From positions 1 to 35,287 of the forward strand of contig CAZUFC010000092.1 in NCBI GenBank assembly GCA_964619725.1: DNA of 35,287 nt. The letters are read 5' to 3'. Made by a program: the position numbers and the translations under genes. Each line of letters starts with the position of its first letter. Positions within the stretch are counted from its first letter, which is position 1. This document shows, piece after piece, positions 19,801-30,855 of the stretch. The stretch comes from an uncultured bacterium. GTDB lineage: Bacteria > CSSED10-310 > CAZUFC01. The notes beneath the pieces were generated by a model that saw only the letters and a list, made by a program, of their open reading frames with translations, was not told where the DNA came from and ran no database searches.

Positions 19801-21464
19801 CAACGGTCGCAATCGGCCGGATAGGATGCGATATTGGACACCGTTACATTCGATGCCGTGTTGACGTCTCTGACGCCGCTGCAACTGGAATCGCAACCGA
19901 AATCGCAGGGCGTTCCGGGTCGAAAATTATGCCCGATGCATGATTCGTGATTGAACAGAAATGCGCCCGTATCCGCATAAGCCTCTCCTGATCCCATGTC
20001 CGCAGAAAAACCGTTGCCGTCGTAGGTGTCCAGCCCATGCGCCGCTTCATGTAAAATTACCGAAGCAACTTCACCGGTGTTTGAACAACCGCCTCCCGAT
20101 TTGAAAAAATTAATCGTTCCCGAACTCCAGTAAGCATTGCATGTATCATTGATATTAACGTTCGAAGTCAAATTACCGTTGATCCATGATATCCCCGTGT
20201 TGTATCCCCTTATCTTCTCCTTCAGCCAGTTAACCTGGTAAAACACTGTCCGGGTCGCATGCGTATTTCCGGAACCTCCATATCCGGGCGTCGTGCAGTC
20301 GGTTCCGCCGCTGGAACCGAAAGACAAATCGCCGGGAGACGAAGACGTGCTGCGATAAATAGAACCGCAATTGTCGTCCAGATTTACGTATGCTCCGCTC
20401 AAAGAACAGGACGCCGTGCCTCCGGAATAATTGTAATTGCCGCCCTTATCAGTCTGCTTCGTTCCGCCGTTGCTGACGTTCGCAAATGGGAACGGCCTTA
20501 CAACCTCAGTTCCCGACAGATTCGTCACAGGATAAATCCCGCCGTCTACCGTAGCGAATTTACGACTGTCCTGCAAAACCAGAATCTCTCCAGTGTTCGC
20601 ATCAACCAAAGCCTGCCAAACAACTGCGCTGTTCGGACTCCTTACGTATAACTCATAAACCAGCCTGTGATCGTATCCCGTTCCGTCCTCTCCTTTGTAA
20701 GGCTCGCCTAACTCACATTTTTCGCCTTCAGCCGCCGTCGGTATGATTAACAATTCTATCCCCTGCGTGATCTCGAACTCCCCGGGAAATTTCTTGCTCA
20801 AATATGACGAAACTTCATTGAATGCCTCTTCAGGGCCCTTCTGAGGCTTCGTCGATATACTCACGTTTTCATAAAAATGCGTCCCGAACTGAATTAAATT
20901 GCCGTTGTTGATCCTGAAAAAAACGTGACTTTTCCTTACTCTTACTCCATCAACTTCCTGTATGAATCTTATCGAACTGTATCGATCGCTTACATACGAT
21001 CCTTCCCTGTCCAACGTCAACTGATTCTGGTCCACATTGAATAATTCTTCATGCTCCGCCATAAATTTGCGCCCCAGGAATCCATAAAAATCAACGTCGA
21101 TCGGATCGCCCAACGTCAATCCATACTCCCTGAGGTATTCAGAGCCTAACGAATTTCCGTCGCCCGGAACCCAGGGTATGCCTGAACCCTGTATAATATC
21201 GGGACGCCCGCTGCGGTGATCTATCGCTATGTCCCATTTCATGCCGTGCTGAGCCTGAAATTCCGCCCACGACGGATCGTTCCAGCTCGCGCCTTCCTTA
21301 TAAGAATGATAATCCGCAATCGGTCTTACCAGAACCGACGGATTGTGAATCTGGGCCGCACGTATCTGTTCATACTCCGATCCCTCTGGAACCGTCACGG
21401 CCTGAACGCCTGAAATTAAAATCAGCAACGCCCCCAGAAGAACTCCGCCTTTCCATATTCTCAT
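16848..21464 (-). CDS. Secreted zinc metallopeptidase (M4/M36-like gluzincin) with FTP/PepSY-like propeptide, FN3-like domain, Pro/Thr linkers, two accessory modules and C-terminal sorting tail
   Basis: Signal peptide (VQA/V), propeptide QEVDGVRV and [18 protein letters not shown], third ligand in GEAYAD, FN3-like [18 protein letters not shown]. Tail [23 protein letters not shown]. Confidence 0.9.
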   Translation of the reverse strand: MRIWKGGVLLGALLILISGVQAVTVPEGSEYEQIRAAQIHNPSVLVRPIADYHSYKEGASWNDPSWAEFQAQHGMKWDIAIDHRSGRPDIIQGSGIPWVPGDGNSLGSEYLREYGLTLGDPIDVDFYGFLGRKFMAEHEELFNVDQNQLTLDREGSYVSDRYSSIRFIQEVDGVRVRKSHVFFRINNGNLIQFGTHFYENVSISTKPQKGPEEAFNEVSSYLSKKFPGEFEITQGIELLIIPTAAEGEKCELGEPYKGEDGTGYDHRLVYELYVRSPNSAVVWQALVDANTGEILVLQDSRKFATVDGGIYPVTNLSGTEVVRPFPFANVSNGGTKQTDKGGNYNYSGGTASCSLSGAYVNLDDNCGSIYRSTSSSPGDLSFGSSGGTDCTTPGYGGSGNTHATRTVFYQVNWLKEKIRGYNTGISWINGNLTSNVNINDTCNAYWSSGTINFFKSGGGCSNTGEVASVILHEAAHGLDTYDGNGFSADMGSGEAYADTGAFLFNHESCIGHNFRPGTPCDFGCDSSCSGVRDVNTASNVTVSNIASYPADCDRWSCPYYGYMGPMGYEGHCESLIASQAWWDAIAAVRGVIGDNGGWLWADLMWYSGINSLDAAYQVVSGGQCNPSANVNGCNSDSYYNVILGIDDDDGNLSNGTPHGCRLWQHFNNHGIACGLSPSCYSQCPTIGTPSISGSSPGGSAYLSWSPTSNASYYAIFRNDIGCGFGWIPMDTTSSTNWTDSEVAIGTTYYYIVQAVGSDSDCRSAASNCLSITISEGPTSTPTRTPTQGPPTYTPTRTGTPTRTPTPTPSPCIWAGFDPYQSYNDSNRYDDTTYYYDDGSGTGSVNEYGTLTGWTVRAIDAGYIALRIIRPMGGGQYSYVGGSSQVYVSSGINDFPDSLNIQVHPGDLAAIYFPTGTASVALNGSGDYLMYYQNDVAEVGTFTSDGNSSRNGYQLVRIYGDCNYTPAPTATRTPTRTPTKTPTLVPTFTPTLIPTRTPTRTPTLTPTRTLTPTRTPTRTPTRTPTLFLTYTPTRTPTLVPTATFTLSPTRTPTNAPTRTPTLGPTLTPTLSPTRTPTSVPTRTPTRTFTSLPTNTPTNTSIPTDTPTGLPTDTPTASPTGTAPTETTTPTSTPTGTSPTGTQSPSPTPTSTSPTNTGTPTPTPLPGECTILLVDDDNDDPGVRTYFSNALDVLGYSYDVFTVGLGSQDGPSAAQMAPYSVVIWFSGDKYAPQWSDPRAGPNSTDEAALTTYLNNGGRLFLSSQDYLYDMGITSFGENYLGLTGFDNDAAVSPIYGQAGDPVGDGFGELALSYPADFSEYPDVLSPSSNETVSSAFVDGNGLSTNIDTDGGDWRTVFFGTDWVPIYNANAANGEALLQSVLDFLCPSQEPTPAPTFTPTTAPSNTPSPVPPTSSPTRTPTQIPTESPTNTATLTPTRTPTGIPPSLTPTRTPTAVPPSLTPTRTPTGIPSSYTPTRTPTNVPPTETLTPTETRRPSRTPTASPTYALPPVPAAGTFGLGVLILGLSLLLGAPLIRRKKTQ

Positions 21465-21681
21465 TTATTCAACCTCCTCATCGTCAACCTCTGAAAAGCT
21501 TTCATTAAAGTCTCATTCGACAGACTTTTTTCCTTTTTTGTGATTTCCCTACCCAGGACCGCAAAGTCTCTTTTTTTATAACTGTTCTTTCCGGCTAATG
21601 CAAATTATTCCTCATCAACCTACCATTTCACCTTTCTAAAAGCAGAACCTTTCGATCCTTCAAAAGGCATTTCATTCATAC

Positions 21682-21697
21682 AGCAAATTTAATGCCT
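21682..21697 (-). promoter_or_regulatory. Putative sigma54 (-24/-12) promoter
   Basis: Minus strand AGGCATTAAATTTGCT = GG-N10-GC in a GGCA..TTGC context, about 220 nt upstream of the metallopeptidase start. Confidence 0.45.
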
Positions 21698-21802
21698 TGT
21701 TGGTCCTTTTGATGAAAACATTTTCATTCCTTCTTTATCAAAGTGTTCCGTCAATACATTTTTCATTCCAGGCAGCGCCTTTTCAGTGGACATCCGAAAA
21801 AC

Positions 21803-21817
21803 GTGCAATTATTGCAC
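21803..21817. promoter_or_regulatory. Palindromic operator / candidate enhancer-binding site
   Basis: Perfect dyad GTGCAAT-T-ATTGCAC, about 105-120 nt upstream of the putative sigma54 box. Confidence 0.4.
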
Positions 21818-22067
21818 ACAAGAGGTTGAATGTTTTGCGATTATTAGGGGCAACGGATGAGATTGGCTGCCATGAGAATTTTCAGCCGTCAAACTTGCAT
21901 CGGGAAAAGCCCCGCCTGGGAGTTTATTCTTTTGGACAGATTGAACAGAAGGGACCAGTTGTTCGGCAGGAACAACAGAGAATGCCGGCTGGTTTCCCGG
22001 GCTTCGGTTTCAGTTTGTTTTACTTTATTTCGCCGCCACGCGTCAGGGACGTCGGAGATGTCATGGA

Positions 22068-22090
22068 AAGCGGCAGGATGCCGCTTCTAC
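22068..22090 (-). repeat. Single GTAG-type REP copy
   Basis: aagcggcaggatgccgcttctac belongs to the same family as the 7339-7973 REPs and lies downstream of spoVR. Confidence 0.75.
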
Positions 22091-22178
22091 TTTGCTTCGT
22101 TCTTTTAGGGCGTATTCCGATTTGAATTTTATGTTTTTAACAGACGCTGCATTTGCTGTCGGCCATCCGGCATGCTCT

Positions 22179-23639
22179 TCAACAGGCTGCGGCTATTCTT
22201 ACCTTCTGTTCGTCTCTTCCGAATATCACGTGAACGGGTTTGGCTTCCAGATGTGTTTTCAATATGACGGGTCGTCGCCATAGCGTGTGTATGTTCTTCA
22301 GGGTATTTTCTGCATATTGCATATGAAGTTCTCTGCCGTCGTATTCATGCTGCAGAAGCAGCGAACCTTCATTATTGTAGTTGGCGTCCAGGATTTTAAT
22401 GACCGGGAAAGTATTCAATCCTACGTTCATCAGCAGTGTTTCCTTGATTTTTTTCCATCCTCTTTTGTCTGCCGTTTCGCTGATGACGTAGGTTTTCTGT
22501 TGTGCATTTTTATTCTGTTGAGCATCCCGGACATATTCGAAAAGGTTGAATTCCCTGATGAGCTCTTCAGTAAGGTATTGTCTGATGAACGAAACATCCC
22601 TGTCGACTTCCCTGACGTGGAAAATCCTCTCCAAGCCCTGGCCGCCGGTTCTTCCGAAAGTATTTTTTTCTTCTGATGAGGGATCGTTCCATCTTTTTTC
22701 GATGTCTTCGAATATTTTGAAACCCATGTGATAGGGGTTTAATCCTCCGACATGAGGCCTGATGACCTGATTGTGCCTTTTCAGGAATTCGACGTGGAGT
22801 CCCTGAGTCAGATCAAGTTCATTAAGGATTCTATAGTGCATGTAGCTGGCCCAACCTTCATTCATTATTTTAGTTTCGATTTGAGGGATGAAGTATCGTG
22901 AAGTTTCATGCACTATCGTCAGCAATTCTTTTTCCCATTCTTCCATGTAGGGGCAATAGTCCCGGATAAACAGCAGGAGGTTTTCTTCGGGTTCAAGCGG
23001 TATTCGGTTCAGGTCCAGGACCTGGCTTTCCGGTTTTTCATGAAGTTCGGCGAATTCATCTTTTCCGGTTTGCATTTGTTCCATTATTTTATTTTTAGTT
23101 TCTTCCGTGGTGAGTTTTTTAATGTGCGGATATCTTTCGCAATTGAACATAATGGAATGAGCGGCATCCAGGTTTTTTTCCACGGATTCGAGTCCTATGC
23201 TGGGGTCTTCGCTGAATTCTCTTATTCTGTCGGCATGATTTTTAAAACGACTGACTACGTTTTGAGCTTGCGTGAAGGCGAAATTACAGTTGTTTTTAAA
23301 GAAATCGTTATGTCCGTAGACGTGCGCCATGGTCAGAATCTGCAGCAGCAGCGAATTGTCCTTCATGAGGTAAGCGATGGAGGGATTGGAATTGATGACC
23401 ATTTCGTATGGCAACCCCGTCAATCCGTGATCGTACAGGCTCCTGGTACGTTCATAGGCTTTTCCGAAGGACCAGTGAGGGTAATGACTGGGCATGCCTG
23501 AATAAGACTGGTAGCTGATCATTTCATCGTAATCGATCAATTCGAATTCCTGTTCATAGAAATCAAGTCCTATTTCCAGAGCTTTTTCCCTTATCTTTTC
23601 TTCCCATTGTTTCAGCGTTTCTACATCATAATCGTTCAC
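22179..23639 (-). CDS. spoVR: SpoVR/YcgB family protein
   Basis: YPHWSFGK, YEMVINSNP, MAHVYGHNDFFKNN, PQIETKIMNEGWASY and NPY..GF..F.DI motifs. Third gene of the prkA operon, with a 4-nt overlap. Confidence 0.95.
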   Translation of the reverse strand: MNDYDVETLKQWEEKIREKALEIGLDFYEQEFELIDYDEMISYQSYSGMPSHYPHWSFGKAYERTRSLYDHGLTGLPYEMVINSNPSIAYLMKDNSLLLQILTMAHVYGHNDFFKNNCNFAFTQAQNVVSRFKNHADRIREFSEDPSIGLESVEKNLDAAHSIMFNCERYPHIKKLTTEETKNKIMEQMQTGKDEFAELHEKPESQVLDLNRIPLEPEENLLLFIRDYCPYMEEWEKELLTIVHETSRYFIPQIETKIMNEGWASYMHYRILNELDLTQGLHVEFLKRHNQVIRPHVGGLNPYHMGFKIFEDIEKRWNDPSSEEKNTFGRTGGQGLERIFHVREVDRDVSFIRQYLTEELIREFNLFEYVRDAQQNKNAQQKTYVISETADKRGWKKIKETLLMNVGLNTFPVIKILDANYNNEGSLLLQHEYDGRELHMQYAENTLKNIHTLWRRPVILKTHLEAKPVHVIFGRDEQKVRIAAAC

Positions 23640-24883
23640 GCGACTTCCTCCGCTTTTTCTTTGCTGAGAAATTTTTTAAAAACAGGCCAGATATCCGATT
23701 TATCCCGTATGGTCAGCGTATGAAAATTTTCAGCTTTGATTTGCTTGAAAACCTGTATCATTGACGATTCCCAGGACCTGTAAGGGCTGTCCGGCTTAAT
23801 TTCTCCGTAACCGAAAAGATTGGATATCCCGGCCATTTTCTCTGCAGCCCTAACGGCCTTTTCGTTATCGGAATCCCAGTTGTCTCCGTCCGAGCAATGG
23901 AAAATATAAACGTTCCACATACTGGGATCGAACCGCTCTTCGATCACTTCCAACGCTTTCAGATAACCGCTGGATATAAACGTCCCGCCGCTTTCTCCTT
24001 TATGAAAAAAGGTATTCTCGTCGACTTCCTTCGCTTCGGTGTGATGAGCGATGAACACTATTTCCACATGCCTGTATTTAGTCTGAAGAAACCGATAAAG
24101 CAGGAAGTAAAAAGTGCGCGCCAGGTATTTTTTCGTTTTATCCATACTGCCGGAAGTGTCCATAATGCAGAAGCAGACCGCATTCGAATGCTTTTTGATC
24201 GTTTCAACGACCCGCTTGTACCTCAAATCCTGTTCATGGAAAGGAAATCTTTCTTCCTCTTCTTGGTCGTCCCGGGGCTTCGCAGCCGCTTCGTCATTTC
24301 CCGTCGAACAAACCTTTTGCGGCGTATTGGGATTTCCGTTGAAATCCTGTGCAGCCCTTAGCGTACCCTGCTTTCTTTTGATTTTCTGTATCAGCGACTT
24401 TTTCTTATCGAGCCGGTGCCTTAAACCGTGCTGCGAATAACCTTTCCTCTTCGCCATCCTTTCCGACAAAACTTCACGGAACTTCTTGCGTTCGTTGAAA
24501 GGAAGCTCCAGGTCTTCGAAGAGGTAATCGATCAGCTCATCAATGGTTACTTCAGTTTCGTATATCTCCTCCCCCGGACTATCGCCGGCGCCCTGTTTTC
24601 CTTTTTTGCCGGTGTTCTGCGCAAACTTGTCGCCTCTTTTTTCCTTGCCTGTTCCCGTAGCGGTTCCTCGAGCATTCGATCCGTAGACGAACCGGTATTC
24701 TTTTATGCCCTTGATGGGAATTTTGACTTTCTTTTTTCCATCGCTGCTTATGATGGCTTCTTCGGCCACAATGTCGCCCAGGTTTTCCTTGATGGCCTTC
24801 TCCACTTTTTCACGGTGGCGGCGACGGTCCTGGGCGCTCCTGTCGCTTCGATGGTATGGATCGTATTGTCGAAATACCGCCAT
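23636..24883 (-). CDS. yeaH: YeaH/YhbH family (DUF444) vWA-like protein
   Basis: DRRRHREKV, IPIKGIKEYRF, IMDTSGSM (MIDAS-like), HKGESGGT, HCSDGDNW and FGYGEI motifs. Probable start MAVFRQ at 24883, just after the prkA stop. Confidence 0.93.
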   Translation of the reverse strand: MAVFRQYDPYHRSDRSAQDRRRHREKVEKAIKENLGDIVAEEAIISSDGKKKVKIPIKGIKEYRFVYGSNARGTATGTGKEKRGDKFAQNTGKKGKQGAGDSPGEEIYETEVTIDELIDYLFEDLELPFNERKKFREVLSERMAKRKGYSQHGLRHRLDKKKSLIQKIKRKQGTLRAAQDFNGNPNTPQKVCSTGNDEAAAKPRDDQEEEERFPFHEQDLRYKRVVETIKKHSNAVCFCIMDTSGSMDKTKKYLARTFYFLLYRFLQTKYRHVEIVFIAHHTEAKEVDENTFFHKGESGGTFISSGYLKALEVIEERFDPSMWNVYIFHCSDGDNWDSDNEKAVRAAEKMAGISNLFGYGEIKPDSPYRSWESSMIQVFKQIKAENFHTLTIRDKSDIWPVFKKFLSKEKAEEVA

Positions 24884-24887
24884 CGTC

Positions 24888-26840
24888 TCAATCCCGCCAC
24901 AAATGATTGGCTGCATACCTTAAAACCAGCTCGCAGCAATGCCTGCAGTATCCGTTGTTGTCGATCATTTCACTCACCATGGCGTCATACTTTTCTCCCT
25001 GATCCTTGTCTCGAGTCCTGGCCTTGGTTATGATCCGCGATAAATCCCTCACGCTCGACATCAGCTTCTTCTCTATCGCCTCTTTCAAAGGCTCATAGGA
25101 GGTATAATCCAGTTTCTCTCCCCTTCTGACCAATGAAAACATGAAAGATGCCACATCATGACGGAATCCTTCGGCCGCCGACCCCGATATTCCTATTTGT
25201 TCCTCTATGTTCTTCAAGAAATCCGTGTCCGGTTCCATCTCCTCTTTCGTGTTTGAATCCTTCAACTTCGTCTTATTGACGTAAGCCTCCGCATGGTCCA
25301 GATAATTATGGAAAAGAGTCTCCGCCTGCTCCTTGTAGGAATGAACGAAAGCCTTGGTTATCTCTTTTTCCAGTATTTCCAGATACTCCTTGTGTATGGT
25401 GTCGCGGAGGAATCCCAGGTATTTCTGTTTCACTTCATCCGACACCGCCATGTTCTTTACCATGTGAATCATCGACTCTCTGACCGAAATAGGATTGATG
25501 CAATTATCCTCGCTCTCGCTTAAAGCATTATCCAGCGATTTCATCACGAAACGGGTCGATATGCCGGACATCCCTTCATCCGTCGCCTCCTCCTTCAATT
25601 CGCTCACGTCCAGACGCCGCGTCTGTCCTTTCTCGATTATCTCTTCTCCGTTATACAGTTTGAGCTTCGTCATGGGATCGCATTTATCGTTCGGTTTTAA
25701 TCTGGTTAAAATGGCGAACATGGAGGCAATCTCCAGCGTATGAGGCGCAATATGAGCCTTAAAATTGCTTCTGTCGATGATCTTTTTGTATATCTTGACT
25801 TCTTCGCTCAATTGCAGCACGTAAGGAACGCAAATCGGGGTTATTCTGTCCAGAATGGCTTCATTGGTGTGGTCCGCCTTGAATTTCTTCCATTCAGCTT
25901 CATTGCTGTGCGCCAGGATGACTCCGTCAAAATAAACCATCGCATGCTTGCCCGGCGATGGGATTCTTTTTTCCTGGGTCGCGGTTATCATGGCATGAAG
26001 GTATTCCGTCTCATTCTTGAATACTTCTATAAACTCGACGATTCCCCGGTTGCCCTGGTTGAACGCGCCGTTGAGCGAAAGCACGCGGGGATCGTCTTCG
26101 GAATATCTGTCAAGTTTGGATATATCTTCCGAACCTATGAGCACGCTGGTATCCTGGTTGTTGGGGTCGACCGGAGGAACAACGCCTATTCCCTTTTTCG
26201 ACCGGATGGAGAAATCCGTCGTCACCACCGGGAATTTTTCATATTCCTTGTTATACTCATTGATCAACCGCCACTTGCATACAGGACAAAGGTCTCCTTC
26301 TATCTGAACACCCAGCTCCTTAGAAAATTCCTCCCTTAAATGAGTCGGTATCAGATGCAGAGGCTCCTCACGCATCGGACACCCCTTTAAAGCAAAAACA
26401 GGATCAAACGTCGCCAGTCCCATCTTTAATTTCTCCAGCAAACTCGATTTTCCCGCTCCCACAGGACCCACAAAATACAAAACCTGCCGGGATTCCTCAC
26501 CACGCATAGCAGCCGAATGAAAAAAACGCACTATCTTGTGCTCTACATCCTCGATCCCGAAAAATTCATCCTGGAAAAAACGATACCTTTTCCGCGGCTC
26601 ACTCCCGTATAATCGCCGTCGACGCTGGTCCTCCTTCGGTTCGATCTTCTCAGTGCCGTCTCTCGTCAATACGTCGTACACTCTCGCATGCGCTAACTCG
26701 GTCGATCTTAACGCCAGCTCGTGCAGCTCGTGATTCGCATCATCAAGAATATTTAAATAATCCAGAAATATGCCTTCCCACTTCGATTTTTGCCTCCTGG
26801 CCCTGTCTGTCTGAATTTTTTCGAGGAACTTTGTGCTCAT
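24888..26840 (-). CDS. prkA: PrkA/YeaG family serine protein kinase (AAA+)
   Basis: Walker A GPVGAGKS, CPMREEPL, NRGIVEF.EVFK, AHSNEAEW, NEAILDR, IAPHTLE and EGMSGISTRF motifs. Confidence 0.96.
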   Translation of the reverse strand: MSTKFLEKIQTDRARRQKSKWEGIFLDYLNILDDANHELHELALRSTELAHARVYDVLTRDGTEKIEPKEDQRRRRLYGSEPRKRYRFFQDEFFGIEDVEHKIVRFFHSAAMRGEESRQVLYFVGPVGAGKSSLLEKLKMGLATFDPVFALKGCPMREEPLHLIPTHLREEFSKELGVQIEGDLCPVCKWRLINEYNKEYEKFPVVTTDFSIRSKKGIGVVPPVDPNNQDTSVLIGSEDISKLDRYSEDDPRVLSLNGAFNQGNRGIVEFIEVFKNETEYLHAMITATQEKRIPSPGKHAMVYFDGVILAHSNEAEWKKFKADHTNEAILDRITPICVPYVLQLSEEVKIYKKIIDRSNFKAHIAPHTLEIASMFAILTRLKPNDKCDPMTKLKLYNGEEIIEKGQTRRLDVSELKEEATDEGMSGISTRFVMKSLDNALSESEDNCINPISVRESMIHMVKNMAVSDEVKQKYLGFLRDTIHKEYLEILEKEITKAFVHSYKEQAETLFHNYLDHAEAYVNKTKLKDSNTKEEMEPDTDFLKNIEEQIGISGSAAEGFRHDVASFMFSLVRRGEKLDYTSYEPLKEAIEKKLMSSVRDLSRIITKARTRDKDQGEKYDAMVSEMIDNNGYCRHCCELVLRYAANHLWRD

Positions 26841-27264
26841 GGAAATCCTCTCTTTCCTTTTTTGGTGATTGCGAAAGGGAGTCCCTCCCGGAATTTATTT
26901 TATTTCATTTTGTATTTGTCTTTAGATAGGCAGAAGAGCCGGAAGACTCTTTCCTTTATGTCCCCACCAGGTTACTTAATTACCCCCGGCGATTCATACG
27001 AATACGGCAATTCCGCTGGAACGCGGCAACAACCGTTTTGCGCTTTCTTTTAAACCGCCGTTAATTTTTAAAAGATTTTTCAATGAAGAATCCGGGGATA
27101 GTCAACCCACCATTTTCGCTGAAAATTCTTCCACGTCAACACTGGGAAGAATTTCGCTCCCTTCCCCTCCAACTATTATACGAACTTTTTTCCGCAACGC
27201 AAATTTTTGAGGTTACAATTCTTCCGATTTTCGGCGCTGATCAGATATCCGCGTTTCGAGATTT

Positions 27265-27506
27265 CAAATTGTGATCTCGATACTCAAAAAGAACTTTCGT
27301 GCTCAGCGGAGCGGCGCCCGTGCCCGTAATCGTAATCGATCGATTCAAATGATTGCCCTGCTTTGCTTTCAAACGAATGCGCAGATCAGACCAATGTTTC
27401 GATTACGATTACCGCTGCACTGAGCACGAGGACGAAGGATTCAAACTGACAAGTTGTAATCCTGAAATGGCCATTTTTGATCAGCGCCACTTTTTTGATC
27501 AATGCC
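27265..27506 (+). mobile_element. MITE-like element, interior type 1, with duplicated right end
   Basis: Reverse-complement match to 144-366. Ends tttttgatcagcgcc (27488), followed directly by a second end ttttttgatcaatgcc (27506). A possible left end ggcgctgatcaga lies at 27233. Confidence 0.7.
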
Positions 27507-27559
27507 AATAATTAAGAACCTTTGAAAATATGATCAGGACAACACCTATCTCCTCGTAA

Positions 27560-27656
27560 TTATTTTTTTGCGATCCCGATCCCGACCCCGACCCCGTTTG
27601 CTGAAACAAACCGCCGAAAATTTTGAAAGAAGTGTAACCCCGATTTGATCAGTCTC
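27560..27656 (-). mobile_element. Partial MITE-like element, interior type 2
   Basis: cgatcccgatcccgaccccgacccc...gtaaccccgatttgatcagtctc is the reverse complement of the left half of 28366-28544. It abuts the dciA stop codon. Confidence 0.6.
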
Positions 27657-28185
27657 AAGAAAGTCTGCCACTCTTCTTCATTATATAGTCACGCCGTATC
27701 ACTTCACTTACCAAATGCCGGAGTCTCCTGTCCTCGATGCAACTCACCATGCCGGCCACTTCGGCTTCTTCATTCCCGCTCAGTTCAAACTGTTTCTCCG
27801 CCGCTCCATCGTGCCCCCTGTCTCTGTCCTTCACAACTCCAAACCGCGCATTGAAATTTTTCACTTTCTTGAATTCAATATCCTCGATTTCCAGTTCGTA
27901 ATCATTCAATTTTTTTATTATGTGCGCCTTGACGTCATTCAAAACCCGAAACCATTCCGGAGACGCGCAAACGGTCAGGATGGAGTTCTTAAGAGCCGAA
28001 GGAAAACATTTGCGACAAAGGAGAGGACCCACAATATCTTCCCAGTCAAGGAAAATTTCGACCGGCATCGATCTACTATACTCCGGCAAACCGGACAGCA
28101 TCCCCTTCAAGACCTGTTTGGTCGATTGAAAGCGATTTGAACCCCTTCTTTTTGATTTTCCGTTTCTGTTGACGAATCCATCCAT
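27655..28185 (-). CDS. dciA: DciA / DUF721 family protein (replicative helicase operator)
   Basis: W.DIVG....KCFP..L....LTV..SPEW...L......IIKKLN pattern typical of DUF721, with a charged C-terminal tail. Confidence 0.72.
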   Translation of the reverse strand: MDGFVNRNGKSKRRGSNRFQSTKQVLKGMLSGLPEYSRSMPVEIFLDWEDIVGPLLCRKCFPSALKNSILTVCASPEWFRVLNDVKAHIIKKLNDYELEIEDIEFKKVKNFNARFGVVKDRDRGHDGAAEKQFELSGNEEAEVAGMVSCIEDRRLRHLVSEVIRRDYIMKKSGRLS

Positions 28186-28365
28186 TTTTCAACTCAGTCA
28201 CTTAAAAAAAAATCAAAAATCGATCAAAACTAAAATGACAATCGGATGTCGCTCCTTGCACCCTCGCGGATATTAGATTAAAAACTCGGCGCTATGTCAA
28301 TCCTTCCGTTCTCCTTATGCCCGCATTTGAAGGAAAAGGGAGGGAAGGGGGGAGATTGGAAGATT

Positions 28366-28544
28366 GGGACTGATCAAACAGGGGTTACACTTTTTTCAAA
28401 ACGTTTGACGATTTGTTTCAGTAATCTGGCCCGGGGTCGGTATCGGGATCGGGGTCGCAATCGGGATCGCAATCGAAATCGAAATAAAATGACGGCATAT
28501 TCTGGAAAATTGTAACCCCAAAAAACCCATTTTTGATCAATGCC
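28366..28544 (+). mobile_element. MITE-like element, interior type 2 (atcggg hexamer tract)
   Basis: Left end gggactgatcaaacaggggttac, right end ttgtaacccc...tttttgatcaatgcc. Homologous to 32370-32530. Confidence 0.7.
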
Positions 28545-28579
28545 GGAAGATTTGATGGGTCTGGATGGATGTTTGGTTG

Positions 28580-28686
28580 GGGATTGATCGAATAGGGGTT
28601 ACAAATTGTGATCTCGATACTCAGCAGGAACTTTCGTGCTCAGCGCAGCGGCGCGCGTTCTCGTAATCGTAATCGATCGATTCCAA
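28580..28686 (+). mobile_element. Truncated MITE-like element, interior type 1
   Basis: gggattgatcgaataggggttacaaattgtgatctcgatactc...gtaatcgtaatcgatcgatt matches 27265-27345 and the reverse complement of about 287-389. Confidence 0.65.
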
Positions 28687-28703
28687 AAATAAGGGTATTC
28701 TGA

Positions 28704-30842
28704 TCATCGCCGTTTTTTAAATATCAAAAACAAACTCATCAGGAAAACAGCGCATCCCAGACCGGCGGGATGGAGCGACGGTACCGGCGCCGGGGTAATC
28801 TCTGCAGTGACGGTCGGCGTCAGGCTGGGCGTCATGGTCGGCGTCTCGGTCGGCGAAAGTGTCGGAACGTTGGTCGGCGCCGTGGTAGGACGCGATGTCG
28901 GAATAAGAGTCGGGGTATTCGTCGGAACTGATGTGGGCGTCTCTGTCGGGGTATTCGTCGGCGTCAATGTAGCGGTCGGAACATCGGTAGGAGAGTTTGT
29001 CGGGATATTTGTCGGCGTTTCGGTCGGGACCGGGGTGGGAGAGAACGTCGGCGTTTCGGTCGGCGTATCCGTAGGGACGGTAGTCGACGTCAGCGTCGGG
29101 GATAGTGTGGGCGATTGCGTTACGGTCGCCGTCGGCGTGGGAGTCGGCTCTAGGTATTGGTAATGAAAACCCATGTCCACAATCCCGCTGTCTGTAATCT
29201 GGTCTGTCCGCGTCGTAAGTTGATCCATGCAGACAGCGCCCGTCTGCGTCTCAAAACAGACATTCGATGCTGCATCGCTGCCGGCATCCAGGCACGGGCT
29301 GTTCTGTGACTGCCCGGCGGCAGTGCAGCTCAGGTAATAATCGCCCTCTGGTCCCTGAACCAGTAACGGATCGGCATTGATGTTTCCCGTTCCCGGATAG
29401 GTTCCTGAAGGCTGCTGAACATCGGAGTATTCGACTGTCGTATTTCCTGTGTAGAGGTCTTTTATTTCTTCAGGAGAATCATTCCACAAAATGCTGTTGA
29501 TGATGGAAGGTCCGAACCGGCTGTCCCTGTTGTAAAGGGCGCCGCCGAACAATCCTGCCGTATTGCCGATAAAGAGACAATTCTGGAAATCGGGCCTGCT
29601 CATCGAATTGCAGTATGCGCCGGCTCCGTAACTGTCCGCTTCATTGTTGATGATGAGGGAATTGACGATCAGAGGCGAAGCGGAGCTCTGGCAATAAAAT
29701 CCGGCTCCGTTGACGGCGTGATTGTCTTCTATGATGCAATCCGATATGGTTGTATCTGAATAGCCGAGGAAATAAAAACCGCCTCCCTGGAATTCCGCAC
29801 TATTGTCCAGGATGCGGCATGACGTTATGAATATGCTGCATTTAGTGAGCCAGAAGCCGGTATTGCCGTGCGTTACGGTGAGACCTGAGATTTGAGCATC
29901 GCCGTCATCATATCCGGCAATAACCGGATCAGTGGATTCAGCGTCGAGAACGCAGTCATCTTTTGACGAGCCGATGATTGAAACGTGATTAACCAGCGGC
30001 AGCGGATATTCTTCGGCGGTAAGAGAGGGAGAATATACGCCTTCGTCCAGGTAGACGGCTACGGGATCGGTTTCTGTTCCGTAAACGACGCTGAGCGCGT
30101 GCTGGATTGTTTTAAAGGCATTCGCCCAGCTTAAGCCGTCATTATCATCATCCCCTGCCGGAGAAACGTAGACGTCCTGGGTTACAGGCGTCAGCTCTGC
30201 GGTACAGCCTGTAAAATCGAAATTATCGAAAGGATGAACGTAATAATCTGAAGGGTAATATCCGGCAAATGTACTGTAAGACACATCAACATCGTCGGTT
30301 GAATAGAGGTCGGCTCCCGCCCAGGCGAAATTATCCGTGAAGTGATTTCCGCTTCCGGCAGAGCCTCCCAGGATTACATTACTGTTGTTGAAAGCATAGA
30401 AAGCTCCCCCATAACGGGCGCTGTTGCCGGTAAAAGAAGAATTGGTCACGACAGAGTCAGCGCTCTGAACAGCCAGGCCGCCCCCTGATGAGGCGATGTT
30501 GCCGCTGAATTCACACTCTGCGACGGATGAAACGGAATCACCCGTATAATAAAGTCCGCCGCCTGTCTGGGCCGAATTTCCGGTGAACTCGCAGCCGGAG
30601 AAGTCTGTACCCGTTCTGTAGCAGAGCGCGCCGCCCCCGATCGAACCGGCGTCGTTGTCGTTGAAAATACAATTCGACACGGCCTGATCAGGACAATTAT
30701 CGTAGTAGATACCTCCTCCCTGATAGGCCGAACCGCCGGTAAAGCAGCAATTGGAGATGCTTGTAGAGGCGTCTTTGAGATATATGCAGCCTCCCTTTTC
30801 GATGCCCGAAGCATAACCGGAGGCGACGGTAAAATCCGACAA
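28704..30842 (-). CDS. C-terminal fragment of the beta-helix/DUF1565 protein with Pro/Thr linker and sorting tail
   Basis: FxGNxA..GGG repeats, [36 protein letters not shown] and VDMGFHY motifs. It has no signal peptide of its own. Confidence 0.6.
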   Translation of the reverse strand: MSDFTVASGYASGIEKGGCIYLKDASTSISNCCFTGGSAYQGGGIYYDNCPDQAVSNCIFNDNDAGSIGGGALCYRTGTDFSGCEFTGNSAQTGGGLYYTGDSVSSVAECEFSGNIASSGGGLAVQSADSVVTNSSFTGNSARYGGAFYAFNNSNVILGGSAGSGNHFTDNFAWAGADLYSTDDVDVSYSTFAGYYPSDYYVHPFDNFDFTGCTAELTPVTQDVYVSPAGDDDNDGLSWANAFKTIQHALSVVYGTETDPVAVYLDEGVYSPSLTAEEYPLPLVNHVSIIGSSKDDCVLDAESTDPVIAGYDDGDAQISGLTVTHGNTGFWLTKCSIFITSCRILDNSAEFQGGGFYFLGYSDTTISDCIIEDNHAVNGAGFYCQSSASPLIVNSLIINNEADSYGAGAYCNSMSRPDFQNCLFIGNTAGLFGGALYNRDSRFGPSIINSILWNDSPEEIKDLYTGNTTVEYSDVQQPSGTYPGTGNINADPLLVQGPEGDYYLSCTAAGQSQNSPCLDAGSDAASNVCFETQTGAVCMDQLTTRTDQITDSGIVDMGFHYQYLEPTPTPTATVTQSPTLSPTLTSTTVPTDTPTETPTFSPTPVPTETPTNIPTNSPTDVPTATLTPTNTPTETPTSVPTNTPTLIPTSRPTTAPTNVPTLSPTETPTMTPSLTPTVTAEITPAPVPSLHPAGLGCAVFLMSLFLIFKKRR

Positions 30843-30855
30843 GTTGAGATCATGG

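Noticed and set aside
21697-22125. ORFs 21697-22125 and 21857-22108
   Set aside because: They have no recognisable motif or RBS and overlap promoter-like and REP sequences.
12681-29163. Plus-strand VGV-repeat ORFs (12681-13166, 13725-14141, 17068-17310, 18046-18579, 28807-29163)
   Set aside because: They are antisense shadows of Pro/Thr linker codons in the real minus-strand genes.
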